IMG/VR virus record: IMGVR_UViG_3300020203_000404
Coordinates: 1 to 64,000 of that record
Length of the DNA: 64,000 nucleotides
Source of the DNA: a virus
Reading direction: 5' to 3' (one strand)
How positions within the stretch are numbered: position 1 is the stretch's first letter; each line of letters begins with the position of its first letter. The translations under genes and the position numbers were made by a program. The notes under the pieces were generated by a model. The model had not been told where the DNA came from. It made no database searches and saw only the letters and a list, made by a program, of their open reading frames with translations. This document shows, in pieces, positions 16,072-25,897 of this stretch.

Positions 16072-17850
16072 TCAGGTCTTAGGCTGTGCGAGAGCCAGGA
16101 CCGCTTCCAAACAAGCTCCCCAACTCTTGTCGCTCATCGCACGCAAGTCCGCTAGCTTTGCTTCCCTACTTGAAGCGACGAACCAATGGCGTAAGGAAAC
16201 GTCCAACCATCCTACCCTGCGAGTACTCATGTATGTGAGTGCGAGCAGGTGATTCGTGTGTGCCGCATCGCCCCCCCCATTGCTGTTAGCCACGCTCACA
16301 GGTACGGGTACCGAGTTGACATGAGTCCAAATCCAATGCGGAGGCCCTTTTACGGTACCTTGCCAATACTCGTCATTAATTGATGGCATGTCAAGAATCG
16401 TTGTACAAACAGCCGTCAACTTTGCGGCAGGCGACTTTTTCAATTGTGTTTGTGCAGCATGGTATGCCATCCATACAAGCATTTCATGGAACGTCTGAAT
16501 TCCCGTCGTATTAGCTGGGAAGTAATCAGAATGGTAAGTTCCAACAATACCGTTAGGCATTACGGCCTCATCCATAAGGCTGACCATCTTTGAAAGCCAC
16601 GAAGTGCGATCAAATCCCATTCGATGCACCTGTGCCCCCAGATACAAGCTCCAAGCGAACCCTCTGTCAATCTCGGCCCCGTCATGCGGATTCAAGTTGA
16701 TCTGATATGCCATTGCATTAATCGACGGGGCCGTGTAACTCGGATCGTGAGGCACTGCGTCCTCACGATCCGAAAATTCTGTGAATCGCGTATTCTCAAA
16801 CAGCATCACAAGATCGTCGGCAATCATAGGGTCACGGGTATACTCCCAAACGGCTATGCCGTTTGAAGCGGCACGAATCATGTGAGCGGTGTCGATCGAG
16901 CGTACGTTCCACTCATCCGCATTCGTTGATGAGCCAGGATTGAATTGCGGATACTGTGCGTCTCCCCACTCCCCTCCAAGGAACGTAGAAAGATCGTTCT
17001 GCCCTTGCCAAAAACCCGGACCATTGATTTGCTGCACTGATGTATTGATGTCAAGGACGGTCAATTGACGGCCACGACCATCGAAGATGGCCACATTCAT
17101 GCGATCCATCCATCTATTGTGTTTAAAGCGGCGTAACAGTGTGTTACCGCGACATTGCTCATAACCGTGGTTTACGTCGATACCATTACCGCCGTGCGTA
17201 TACGCTGCCGACTCACCAGCACCCATGCGTGGACCAATACGTGGAGCTACGCTTTCCCAGCCGCCTTTTGGTTCACCTGTACGCCAAGCATTGACCCAAG
17301 CTTCATACTCGGCTAGCGAGCTAGCCTCGTAGTTTTGATTATCGACATTGGGCAAAAGAATCTTGCTCGGGCCATAGCTACCCTTAAGTGGCTGCCATTG
17401 ATGATCTTCTAAATCTTCCATTCTAAGCTTGATTGCCGCCAAGGCAATCAGCTCTGGACGGCAGACAGCGAAGCGTTGAGAAATAGTGGCACGCGGCAAG
17501 AAGCTGAGGATGTCGCCAGTGTGCAATGTCAGTGTAGGTGTAATCTCACCATCCTCAGTGACAATCACATTGCCGTGGGGAGCGGTAATGCGAAGCGAGT
17601 CATAACGAACGATGCCATGCCACATCCACTTTCCAGCGGCGTCACGTTCAAGCGTACCATTATTGATTCGCAAAGAGCAAAGAGCAACGCCTTCGGTGTT
17701 TTCGGTATAGACGTGAGCACCCATAAGTGCGGGCTGGCCGGAACACACAAAGCGATTGTATTTCTTGCCATTACCAAGAGGCAAAACGCAAGAGAAGTCG
17801 CCACTATCGACGACTCCCATCACAATAGTCAAGCTAGGTTGCTTACGCAT
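16072..17850 (-). CDS. hypothetical protein, 592 aa (helical C-terminal half; possibly carbohydrate-active)
   Basis: Long ORF; no motif I can name. Confidence 0.8.
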   Translation of the reverse strand: MRKQPSLTIVMGVVDSGDFSCVLPLGNGKKYNRFVCSGQPALMGAHVYTENTEGVALCSLRINNGTLERDAAGKWMWHGIVRYDSLRITAPHGNVIVTEDGEITPTLTLHTGDILSFLPRATISQRFAVCRPELIALAAIKLRMEDLEDHQWQPLKGSYGPSKILLPNVDNQNYEASSLAEYEAWVNAWRTGEPKGGWESVAPRIGPRMGAGESAAYTHGGNGIDVNHGYEQCRGNTLLRRFKHNRWMDRMNVAIFDGRGRQLTVLDINTSVQQINGPGFWQGQNDLSTFLGGEWGDAQYPQFNPGSSTNADEWNVRSIDTAHMIRAASNGIAVWEYTRDPMIADDLVMLFENTRFTEFSDREDAVPHDPSYTAPSINAMAYQINLNPHDGAEIDRGFAWSLYLGAQVHRMGFDRTSWLSKMVSLMDEAVMPNGIVGTYHSDYFPANTTGIQTFHEMLVWMAYHAAQTQLKKSPAAKLTAVCTTILDMPSINDEYWQGTVKGPPHWIWTHVNSVPVPVSVANSNGGGDAAHTNHLLALTYMSTRRVGWLDVSLRHWFVASSREAKLADLRAMSDKSWGACLEAVLALAQPKT

Positions 17851-18100
17851 ATTTTTTCTTCTTTTTCAAGAAAACTCCGATATATGATCCGAAAAACAAA
17901 CCAACTAAGTACGGTACAGCGTGCTGCCAGTCATGCACAATCTCAATTGTAGCAAATAGACCGACTGCGGCAGTAGCCATACCCCAGAAGCCAGCACGAA
18001 TCGGCCATTCCTTTTCGACGGCACTCATCCAGAGTACCCAGATAACATCTAGGCCGACGCCGACAAAAAAGAGCCACCAATGTACTTCCGTCCAATTCAT
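17843..18100 (-). CDS. small membrane protein (about 3 TM segments, basic C-terminal tail)
   Basis: Three hydrophobic stretches, ends KKKKKYA. Confidence 0.7.
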   Translation of the reverse strand: MNWTEVHWWLFFVGVGLDVIWVLWMSAVEKEWPIRAGFWGMATAAVGLFATIEIVHDWQHAVPYLVGLFFGSYIGVFLKKKKKYA

Positions 18101-18609
18101 GTGCTTAGCTTCCTCTGAATGTTTTGCAACTGTCGAATCAATGCTTGTACTTTATGCTTACTTTGTCCAGTCACAATAAGAAACCAACGAGTTGAGGATT
18201 CGCGTTCCTCGATTTTCCAAACGCCAAGGAAAAAAGGGATCCCATATTTGACGATTGTGCCAGTAAAGGGGTCACTCAAAATAACGTCCATGTCGTCATA
18301 GCCGGTCACTATCATATAATGGCCGATGCCGTCTTTCATGACGACATGGACGATTGGCAGTTGGTGTTTCGCCAACGCTTTTTTAAGCTTATTGAAATTC
18401 CCATGATCACTTTGTTTAAAATTAAACCCAAGGATCTTCAAGCCATGCTCAAAGTCACTCGTGCCGTTCTCGGTAGTACCAAGAACAACAGCCAATTCAC
18501 GATCGGTAAAATCCAAGCCAAACTGATAGTATAGAGCCGTCCTAAGGCTCGCTGGGCCGCAACTCCAGCGGGTATGTTGCTTGAATGGTTTTACGTCATG
18601 AATGGTCAT
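18097..18609 (-). CDS. C39-family cysteine peptidase
   Basis: QHTRWSCGPASL...GHYMIVTGYD...LSDP (Q-C-H-D catalytic pattern). Confidence 0.85.
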   Translation of the reverse strand: MTIHDVKPFKQHTRWSCGPASLRTALYYQFGLDFTDRELAVVLGTTENGTSDFEHGLKILGFNFKQSDHGNFNKLKKALAKHQLPIVHVVMKDGIGHYMIVTGYDDMDVILSDPFTGTIVKYGIPFFLGVWKIEERESSTRWFLIVTGQSKHKVQALIRQLQNIQRKLST

Positions 18610-19317
18610 TTCAGCAATTCAAACCTACCCCTACCAATTACATCTTCAACCCTATTAGTCTTAATACCTGTTCTGTGATCCACGGCTCGCTGGTCGATAA
18701 AGTTGTAAGTTCTAATCTTTTCTGTGCGACCACCGTTGCCAACCTGTTGTCGCTTAGCTGCTGCGGCCTTAGCGTTTACCCCCGCCACTTTTTCTTTTTC
18801 AAGTCTTGCTGTGAGAATCTTGAGTGCGAGCCGCTTATTGGAGTGCTGCTCCCTCCCATCAATAGTTACGCTAATACCAGTCGGATCGTGTCGGGCAACA
18901 ACACAAGATTCTGTTTTATTGCGATGTTGACCACCAGGACCGCTTCCCCTCTTAGTCATTATAGTCACTTCGCTCATATTGAGCTTAGTGACTAAAGCTT
19001 CCGAAGCCAGTTGCGTCACAGCGACCGTTACGATTGAGGTCTGTCGCCTCCCCCGTTTTTCCGTAGGTGGGACTCGCTGTACGCAATGTTTGCCAGCTTC
19101 GGCAGCAAAGAGACTGGCTGCGTTCGTTCCGCTAAAAACCAGCGATATCTTCCCCAAGCTCCAATCTTCGTTTTCAAGCTTGCAACCATTGCTGTTTGCA
19201 TATTTAACATAGGCCAATCCAAGATTCTCGCAGAACAACTTAGAGTCTGTTCCGCCCTCACCGGCTTGGATCTCAAAGACAGACGGCGTGCGATCCGTCA
19301 ACGTATGAAGTTTTCAT
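18606..19317 (-). CDS. class I peptide chain release factor-like protein (RF1-type PxT, GGQ), lacking the N-terminal domain. Start is TTG 19301, or ATG 19317 with a +1 frameshift
   Basis: EIQAGEGG, EAGKHCVQRVPPTE, GSGPGGQHRNKTES and KIRTYNF motifs. Confidence 0.9.
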
Positions 19318-19355
19318 AATGTTATCTCACTAGTATGTAGCCATCGCGGCAATGT

Positions 19356-19384
19356 ATAGTAACACATAAAGCGGCCACGGTCAA
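19356..19384 (-). promoter_or_regulatory. sigma70-like promoter TTGACC-N17-TACTAT for the release factor gene
   Basis: Read on the minus strand in the short intergenic gap. Confidence 0.6.
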
Positions 19385-19392
19385 TAGATTTT

Positions 19393-19956
19393 TCAGAATG
19401 AGTAGCCAAGCGTGAACATAAATAGGTTGCTATCCGTGGGCGGTTCGTTAACCCAGATGTCTTCGTCTTCGCCCCAGAACGTACGTCGATACATGATACC
19501 ACACGTATAGTGTTCGTCAAACAGAAAATTCAGTCCCGTTTGTGCATAAGGCGAGTACGCCACGCTACGATCGGAAAACTCTCCCGCATACGTAACGTCT
19601 ACTTTTGTTTTAAGGGCGGTAGCAGAGAGCCCACCACTTACGTACACTTGAAAAGAATCGCCAAGCATGAAGTTCTTTCGCATACCGATAGAAAGTTCTT
19701 CAATGTGTGACTTGGTGTAATTCACGGGACGATTCACGTACTGATCGTCCCGTGAAGTGTCGTCGCTAATAATCAGTGAGAATTCTGGTCCGAATCCTTC
19801 TTGTCCAGCTAGGTGAGCCTGGATACCGACCGCAACTTGTTGGTCCGTTTGTTCCCAACTTTCACGACTATCAAAGTCACGTACACCGGCCATCAAATCA
19901 ACGTGAGGTTGATTAATGCTACAAGAAGTGAAAAGAAGAGCAAGTAAAAATTTCAT
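19393..19956 (-). CDS. outer-membrane beta-barrel protein (OmpA/Ail/Lom-like size)
   Basis: Signal/lipobox-like MKFLLALLFTSC; amphipathic strands; C-terminal beta-signal FTLGYSF. Confidence 0.75.
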   Translation of the reverse strand: MKFLLALLFTSCSINQPHVDLMAGVRDFDSRESWEQTDQQVAVGIQAHLAGQEGFGPEFSLIISDDTSRDDQYVNRPVNYTKSHIEELSIGMRKNFMLGDSFQVYVSGGLSATALKTKVDVTYAGEFSDRSVAYSPYAQTGLNFLFDEHYTCGIMYRRTFWGEDEDIWVNEPPTDSNLFMFTLGYSF

Positions 19957-20396
19957 ATGATTGTCTCAGGATTAAAGATGTTAATAAGCTTGTCTACCAC
20001 AATCCCCGCTTTGCGTAATAAGGCGAGCCCTTCGGCGAGCCTATATTCTTCGTCGTACACTACTCGCTTGATACCGGCCTGAATAATCATCTTGCTACAT
20101 TCGTAGCATGGGGAGCAGGTGACATACAGAGTAGCATCCTGCGAGCTATTTGTTGATTTAGCAATTTTCGCGATAGCATTCGACTCGGCGTGCAAGACCT
20201 CGGGCTTTGTAACTAAACCATCATCGGTTTCACATTGATTATCTGCACCGCCATAAGTGCCGTTGCATCCCTCGGCAATAATGTGACTATTGGCCACCAT
20301 AATGGCCCCAACCTTCTTACGTTCCGCATAACTTAGAGCCGCTATGGCTCTAGCACAATGCATATACGCTTCATCCAGTTTTCTTTGTGTCGCCAT
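19953..20396 (-). CDS. dCMP deaminase
   Basis: HAESNAI and SPCYEC zinc motifs. Confidence 0.92.
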   Translation of the reverse strand: MATQRKLDEAYMHCARAIAALSYAERKKVGAIMVANSHIIAEGCNGTYGGADNQCETDDGLVTKPEVLHAESNAIAKIAKSTNSSQDATLYVTCSPCYECSKMIIQAGIKRVVYDEEYRLAEGLALLRKAGIVVDKLINIFNPETII

Positions 20397-20868
20397 GATA
20401 TTTAATCTTTATATTAACGGCTGCGTCGCTAATTCGCTTAAAAATAACTGCTGGAGGCGTTTCTGTGGGTTCATGATGTACTACAAACAATTCGTTTGCC
20501 GCTTCATTCATTAACTTATTCGCTTCATGCATCTTAGTCAAAGCAACTTGAATTTTGATACATGCACGCAGATATTCTAGTTTAGCCTTGACTTGATTAA
20601 AAGACTCTTGTAGTCCATTCTTAGTCAATTCAATGTCTCGTCTCGTAACGGTAGCTTGCGGCTCATCTATCATCAGATACTCGCCGTGTGTACTAGTTGG
20701 ATGACAATACGATATCAAAGCATCATTAATGTCTTCGGCATCAATAGCGACACCACTAAACTTATGAATGGCGAGATCAAATTCATGTGCGGCAAACTGC
20801 TCAAGACATTCCTCATCAATGAATTCTAATTCGTCTTTTGTTGACGTGTAAACATAAAACCTCATCAT
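20371..20868 (-). CDS. hypothetical protein
   Basis: ORF in a tightly overlapping operon. Confidence 0.7.
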   Translation of the reverse strand: MMRFYVYTSTKDELEFIDEECLEQFAAHEFDLAIHKFSGVAIDAEDINDALISYCHPTSTHGEYLMIDEPQATVTRRDIELTKNGLQESFNQVKAKLEYLRACIKIQVALTKMHEANKLMNEAANELFVVHHEPTETPPAVIFKRISDAAVNIKIKYHGDTKKTG

Positions 20869-21155
20869 ACCCTCCCTAACTTAATGAGAATAGTGAGTAA
20901 CTCGTGTAACCGAATTTCAATCTCGTTCTGTTCTGTCGGACGTAGTTTTTGTGTGGCGAGACGCTTGATATGTTCTGCTGCTCGCACATCAATTGTTTTA
21001 ATAGCCGTGTTCGTTTGAGCCTGTTCATTCCATCCATTAAGTAATGTCGTAGCAACACTTAATGCAAGTCCAAGTTCGGGACGACTGGCCATAAGCAATT
21101 CAAGGCCAGTCTTGATCGCGGGATTATTTAGTACGTCATTAAGTGTATCAGTCAT
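20865..21155 (-). CDS. hypothetical protein
   Basis: ORF in the operon. Confidence 0.7.
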   Translation of the reverse strand: MTDTLNDVLNNPAIKTGLELLMASRPELGLALSVATTLLNGWNEQAQTNTAIKTIDVRAAEHIKRLATQKLRPTEQNEIEIRLHELLTILIKLGRV

Positions 21156-21156
21156 A

Positions 21157-21402
21157 CTAGGAACATACCCTAAAAGTCAGCTCTAGTCCACGAGAAGTTT
21201 CTACATATCCTACACGGACGTTGATTAAACAGTCTTGATTATTCGTCAAGCGAGAACGCACAACCGCCGCGAGCAAAGGCTTCGCAGTGTTAATAGCGGC
21301 TTGCTGAGCCAAGTTAGCATTCTCGCCATTGATGACTCGGCTGCTACGGATCTTACCATTCTTGATTGTAAACTCAGTTACATACTTAATATTTACTCGC
21401 AT
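21157..21402 (-). CDS. hypothetical protein
   Basis: ORF in the operon. Confidence 0.65.
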   Translation of the reverse strand: MRVNIKYVTEFTIKNGKIRSSRVINGENANLAQQAAINTAKPLLAAVVRSRLTNNQDCLINVRVGYVETSRGLELTFRVCS

Positions 21403-21415
21403 ACTTGATGATACC

Positions 21416-22102
21416 TCATTTACAATGACTTGTCAACTGGAAACAGTCATTGCGGCCAACTTCTTGCAAACCCCGAAAATTTTTCCATGCTAGCGTTGCC
21501 TCTAATTTCGTCAATTTCGAAGACTTGTTTCTGTTGCCTACAACCGGAAACATGATTAGCTCACGAGCGTCAAACTCCGCAGGAATCATGTAAGAGCCAG
21601 TAGACCCTATCTGAGCACCTATATTCAAAAAATGCGGCAAACCAAAAACGTGTCCTAGTTCATGTAGAGCGACGACGTGAGCCATTTCAGCATCTAGCTC
21701 CAAGGTCATACGATCTAGTGCTAATAAGTTTTGACCCCAATCCCAAAAGCCAAGTATTTCAAATGGTTGATTGTATGGTGGGGCATGGATGTCCACAATG
21801 CGAACCCGAATGACGCCACGTTGATTGGCCATCGAATCCAGATTGAATGGAAAGGTTGCCGGTGGCTCCAAGAAAACCGCACACTCAATTGGTAGTACGT
21901 CAGCCCATTCACCAAGAGCGTTCTGAAATGCTTGACTTGTTACTGGGGCTTGAGCGATTTCCTGTGTAAAGAGAACAAAATTGACACGCACAAGATATTC
22001 AGGTAACGCCGTAGATAGAATTTTTGGCTCGGCTTTTTGGGATGTGGTACATGCCATCATCAAAATGACAAACAGTCCAACCATTAACTTACTCATGCCC
22101 AT
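21416..22102 (-). CDS. metzincin (matrixin-like) metallopeptidase, probable lipoprotein
   Basis: HELGHVFGLPH zinc motif, Met-turn LIMFP, signal ending MMAC; GGGAGG SD. Confidence 0.85.
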   Translation of the reverse strand: MGMSKLMVGLFVILMMACTTSQKAEPKILSTALPEYLVRVNFVLFTQEIAQAPVTSQAFQNALGEWADVLPIECAVFLEPPATFPFNLDSMANQRGVIRVRIVDIHAPPYNQPFEILGFWDWGQNLLALDRMTLELDAEMAHVVALHELGHVFGLPHFLNIGAQIGSTGSYMIPAEFDARELIMFPVVGNRNKSSKLTKLEATLAWKNFRGLQEVGRNDCFQLTSHCK

Positions 22103-22460
22103 GCCTCCCGTTGAAAGTGTCCCATTGCAAGAACCACGTTAGATTAAACTAACGTTAGCACGGGAGGCGGCTTGAAAAGAGGAAAATAACAGTTAGCCTA
22201 TATTAGCTACTGATGCCGTGACAACATGTTAGCTCATATAGCTGGTCACACTCGGCTTCGCCTAGCGTTATCACAGCCTTGCTGTTTTATGCTTACATGG
22301 TTTTGGCGGTTTGGTAAGTAAAATCGTGGATTTATTTACCACTTGTGTAGATGCCCACGCCTCCCGTTGAGAGCAGGAACTATGTTAGGTTAGCACGGGG
22401 CGGCTTAAAAAGAGGGAATATCAGTTAGCCCATGTATTAACTAGTGATGCCGCGACAAGA
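22095..22460. repeat. non-coding element in the divergent gap: 22120-22340 is inverted at 55219-55435, with a degenerate tandem partial copy at 22351-22460
   Basis: Direct reverse-complement match over about 215 bp. Confidence 0.92.
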
Positions 22461-22478
22461 CATTGGTTTTACAAGAAA

Positions 22479-22754
22479 ATGGAAATTAGATTAGTAACTA
22501 CTGAAGAGTTGGCAACTCTTGAAGGGTCGTTACCGGATAACGCTCTGGTAATGGCTTTCAAGATGGTGGCATTTGGCCCCAACACATTGGCCGAGGCAGA
22601 ACGATGCGGACCAAAAATTTGTGAAATTGCCGCCCAACAGCCCATGTTTTTCATTATTGGTGAGTCACCAGAAGGGTTGAGGCAGACCATGCATAACCTC
22701 GTTGACCGCTTTTGTAACACAAGTGAAGGTAAGAACAATGAATCAACGCATTAG
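22479..22754 (+). CDS. hypothetical protein
   Basis: First ORF of the plus-strand operon. Confidence 0.65.
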   Translation: MEIRLVTTEELATLEGSLPDNALVMAFKMVAFGPNTLAEAERCGPKICEIAAQQPMFFIIGESPEGLRQTMHNLVDRFCNTSEGKNNESTH

Positions 22755-23034
22755 TCGTAATAAAGATAACAACAATAACCTCGATTTTGTATCCATCAAC
22801 ACTGGCGGACACACCGCTCGTCACGCTCCAAACGAAGATCCACAAGTGCAGGTACCTCAAAAAATCACTGGCGAACTGAAGCCGGAAGTGCCACTGGGCG
22901 TCGCCAAAGCTTCACCTAATTTCAAGCCCATTACTCCTCCTGCTAAAGCAACGGACAAGACGGACGAAAAGAAGATTATTTCCGAAAACTCAACGACGGT
23001 TACGGATAGCGAAAAGACCAACGAGAAGGAATGA
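22738..23034 (+). CDS. hypothetical low-complexity protein
   Basis: ORF overlapping its neighbours. Confidence 0.55.
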   Translation: MNQRISRNKDNNNNLDFVSINTGGHTARHAPNEDPQVQVPQKITGELKPEVPLGVAKASPNFKPITPPAKATDKTDEKKIISENSTTVTDSEKTNEKE

Positions 23035-23621
23035 CTTTTGTAGTCGCTAGTAGCGGTACCCTAGCTTACAGTGACATCAGCGACATCGTTGAGGCATTGA
23101 TTAACACCGAGGGCAGACGATATCCTATTCCTGGCTATGATCATAAAGATATAGCTCAGGAAGTTAGGATTGAGTGTCTTCGTATTTTGCCGTTTTTTGA
23201 TTCTAATCGTATTGGCCCTTCGCCATACAAGTATTTGCAGACATGCGTGCGTAACTTCTTGTATAATATGCGTAGAGGTATTTGGGTACCAAATAACCCA
23301 CCATGTGTTCGTTGTCCATTGTGGGATCACATAAGACGAACATGTACCATAGATGAAATAGGATGTGATAAGATCGTGCAGTACAGAGAAAATATGGCGA
23401 CGAAGGCCGACTTACGTAGACCCTCGTCCTTTGAAGGCGACATACTAGATAATCGCCAGGATGAACTAATTGATGCCATGCTACTAGATCAGAGCATTCG
23501 CGGCGTACTGCCACCTCGTCTTCTTCCTTTTTATGATAAGATGCTGGTCGGAGAAAAGATATCCGCCAGAACCAAACGAGAGATTCGTTTGATTGTGACG
23601 GAGATTATTAACAATGCCTAA
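23031..23621 (+). CDS. phage sigma70-family (region 2) factor with a Cys4 insertion; candidate late sigma
   Basis: DIAQEVRIECLRILPFFD...YKYLQTCVRNFLYN resembles sigma region 2; CVRC..C..C insert. Confidence 0.65.
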   Translation: MTFVVASSGTLAYSDISDIVEALINTEGRRYPIPGYDHKDIAQEVRIECLRILPFFDSNRIGPSPYKYLQTCVRNFLYNMRRGIWVPNNPPCVRCPLWDHIRRTCTIDEIGCDKIVQYRENMATKADLRRPSSFEGDILDNRQDELIDAMLLDQSIRGVLPPRLLPFYDKMLVGEKISARTKREIRLIVTEIINNA

Positions 23622-24378
23622 GGTGTTCCCTCAAGAAGAGAAAGACCTTGTTATTCAACTTTCCAAGCAAGGCAATACTTACGTTGACATCGCCAAGATG
23701 ATGGGAGAAAAATTTCCATACTCTTGGAATAGTAAGACCGCTGCTCGTTCTGTGGCTCGCATCCTTAAAGGCAAGAATGACGATAGCGATGACGAAAAGA
23801 CTCTAGACGAGATGACACGCGATGAGCGTGCCACTTTTATTGAAAATAAGCTACAGAACACGCCACGCTTTAAGTTGGCGTTCCGCAACTTCAATGATGA
23901 AGAACGAGAAGTGTTCGTTGAGGAGTATATTAGCGTTATTAAGTCAACTGAGAGTTTGACAGAAGTAGAAGAACAGGCTTTGTTTGCTTCTGTGCTAGAA
24001 CTTGTTCTTGCTTTTCAAGCTCTTGCACGAAAAGAACGAGAAGAAAGATTATTTGAGCGTTCTCAAGGCGGCGAAATTCAAGAAAACGATCCTCAGTATC
24101 GTCGTTTTGTTGATGAGAGATATCATAAAGAATACAACGCTCATATGAAGCTGTACCAACAGGGTATGGAGCAATTGAAGATGAGTCGTTCACAGCGTCT
24201 CCAGGCTGTGCGTTCGCAGAAGCAAACGCTTGTCGATCTGGCACAGGAACTTTCGTCACGTAACGCTCAAGCAGAAGTAGCAGAAGAAGTTGAGCGTCTT
24301 TCTAAGGCCAAGGATTCGGAATTAAAGAAAATGATTGAGAGTGGTCACATTTACGGTATCTTCGAGGACTACACATGA
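23614..24378 (+). CDS. HTH plus coiled-coil protein; possible terminase small subunit
   Basis: N-terminal HTH (QGNTYVDIAKMM), helical body, located upstream of terL. Confidence 0.4.
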   Translation: MPKVFPQEEKDLVIQLSKQGNTYVDIAKMMGEKFPYSWNSKTAARSVARILKGKNDDSDDEKTLDEMTRDERATFIENKLQNTPRFKLAFRNFNDEEREVFVEEYISVIKSTESLTEVEEQALFASVLELVLAFQALARKEREERLFERSQGGEIQENDPQYRRFVDERYHKEYNAHMKLYQQGMEQLKMSRSQRLQAVRSQKQTLVDLAQELSSRNAQAEVAEEVERLSKAKDSELKKMIESGHIYGIFEDYT

Positions 24379-25319
24379 AGATTGCTATGCTGTATGCATC
24401 ATGGGAGAATTTTGGAGAAATTTGGTCTACTCCAATGGGCGTCAAGCAAGAATTCATTTCTCGTGGGCACGAAGTAAAGGCTTTTAACCTTTATCATGCG
24501 GATGGTGACTTCTTGCCTAAGCGTAAGGAACGTTCATATTCAAATGACTCTATCAATCGTTTGATGTCTGAAGTTCGTAACGGTATCTATAAGCCTGATG
24601 TCATTTTGCTCATGGACTATGGTCCATGGGATGCGATGCAATTTGATAAACAATACTTTCCAGGCGTCGTTTTGATTAATGAAGCTGGTGACGAACCTCA
24701 GTCACACCGTATGATGTGGCCAAAGGGACCAAGGGTACATGCGGTACTTTCTCCTGATTGGCAATGTGTGGAGCACTACAGGCAGTTTGGTATCATGGCT
24801 GAACACTGGACGCATCACGCAGATGAGCGACTCTTTTATCCCCGTCCCGAAACCAAGGAAGAGTTTGATTGTGTTACAACTTGTGGTCCAAGAGGCAATG
24901 GCTTGACAGAGGTTGTTAAAGCTGCTCTTGGACCACAATTTAGTAACGAACGTTATTTCTATGGTGAAGATCACGCCAAGCGTTTGTGTATGGGCAAGAT
25001 TGTCTTCCAGTGTTCACAGTACAAAGAGATCACTCGTCGCATTTTTGAAGGCATGGCCTGCGGCAAATTGGTGATCACTGATCGTCTTCCATTAGAGACT
25101 AAATTGCATGAGCTTTTTGTTGATGGAACCGACATAGTGTATTATGATTCAGCGGAGGATGCTATCGAGAAGATTATACATTACGCCTCTAATGATGTAG
25201 AACGTATTCGTATTGCTACGAATGGCTACAATAAAGTAATGGCACGTCATACCGTTAAGCGACGAGTGGACGTGTTTGAAGAAGTGGTTAAAATAATTCA
25301 GAAAGACATGATTATATGA
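24375..25319 (+). CDS. GT-B fold glycosyltransferase (CgeB / Glyco_trans_1_2-like)
   Basis: RIFEGMACGKLVITD...RIATNGYNKVMARHT motif. Confidence 0.85.
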   Translation: MKIAMLYASWENFGEIWSTPMGVKQEFISRGHEVKAFNLYHADGDFLPKRKERSYSNDSINRLMSEVRNGIYKPDVILLMDYGPWDAMQFDKQYFPGVVLINEAGDEPQSHRMMWPKGPRVHAVLSPDWQCVEHYRQFGIMAEHWTHHADERLFYPRPETKEEFDCVTTCGPRGNGLTEVVKAALGPQFSNERYFYGEDHAKRLCMGKIVFQCSQYKEITRRIFEGMACGKLVITDRLPLETKLHELFVDGTDIVYYDSAEDAIEKIIHYASNDVERIRIATNGYNKVMARHTVKRRVDVFEEVVKIIQKDMII

Positions 25320-25897
25320 AAAGATTTCTTGTAAGCTTGATTGTTGCTCTTCCCCTAGCGTTTGGTGTTATTGCGTTCACGGCACCGTCCACGACGCAGA
25401 CTGGTCCGCCAGTGCCCGGACCCACTAATCTATACTGTGATAAGAAGCCATCTAACTTTTCTGTACCGGAAGTGGTCTGTCCATCAGATGGATACTACAC
25501 CGTTGACATTGTTTGCGTCTCTGCTTGCGATGATACATATCGTGCAAAAATGGTTGAGATTTACAACAGTGCATGTCGTCAGTATGATGACGCGGACATG
25601 GACTACAGGCTTTGTACGCGATTGGCTATCCACGCATACGACGCTTGTTTTGCGGCGTCAACGACACTAGTAGAACTTGAAGCGTGTCGTGACACGCTCA
25701 CGAGTGGTATGGAAACTTGTGCCGCAACTCGTGCTTCTGTGCGTGCTGGTATTGCCGCCAACGTTGGTGCTGGCAGTAGTGCCGCAGCCTCAGCATTCCA
25801 GGAATGTGCCGCTAAGTGCTGCAAGAAGGTTGGTGAATTGGGCGGCGATAGCAATGGTGGAAAGATTGGTGGTCAAGGCGTTCGACATGAAGATTGA
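25316..25897 (+). CDS. secreted Cys-rich protein
   Basis: Signal peptide; 12 Cys. Confidence 0.65.
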   Translation: MKRFLVSLIVALPLAFGVIAFTAPSTTQTGPPVPGPTNLYCDKKPSNFSVPEVVCPSDGYYTVDIVCVSACDDTYRAKMVEIYNSACRQYDDADMDYRLCTRLAIHAYDACFAASTTLVELEACRDTLTSGMETCAATRASVRAGIAANVGAGSSAAASAFQECAAKCCKKVGELGGDSNGGKIGGQGVRHED

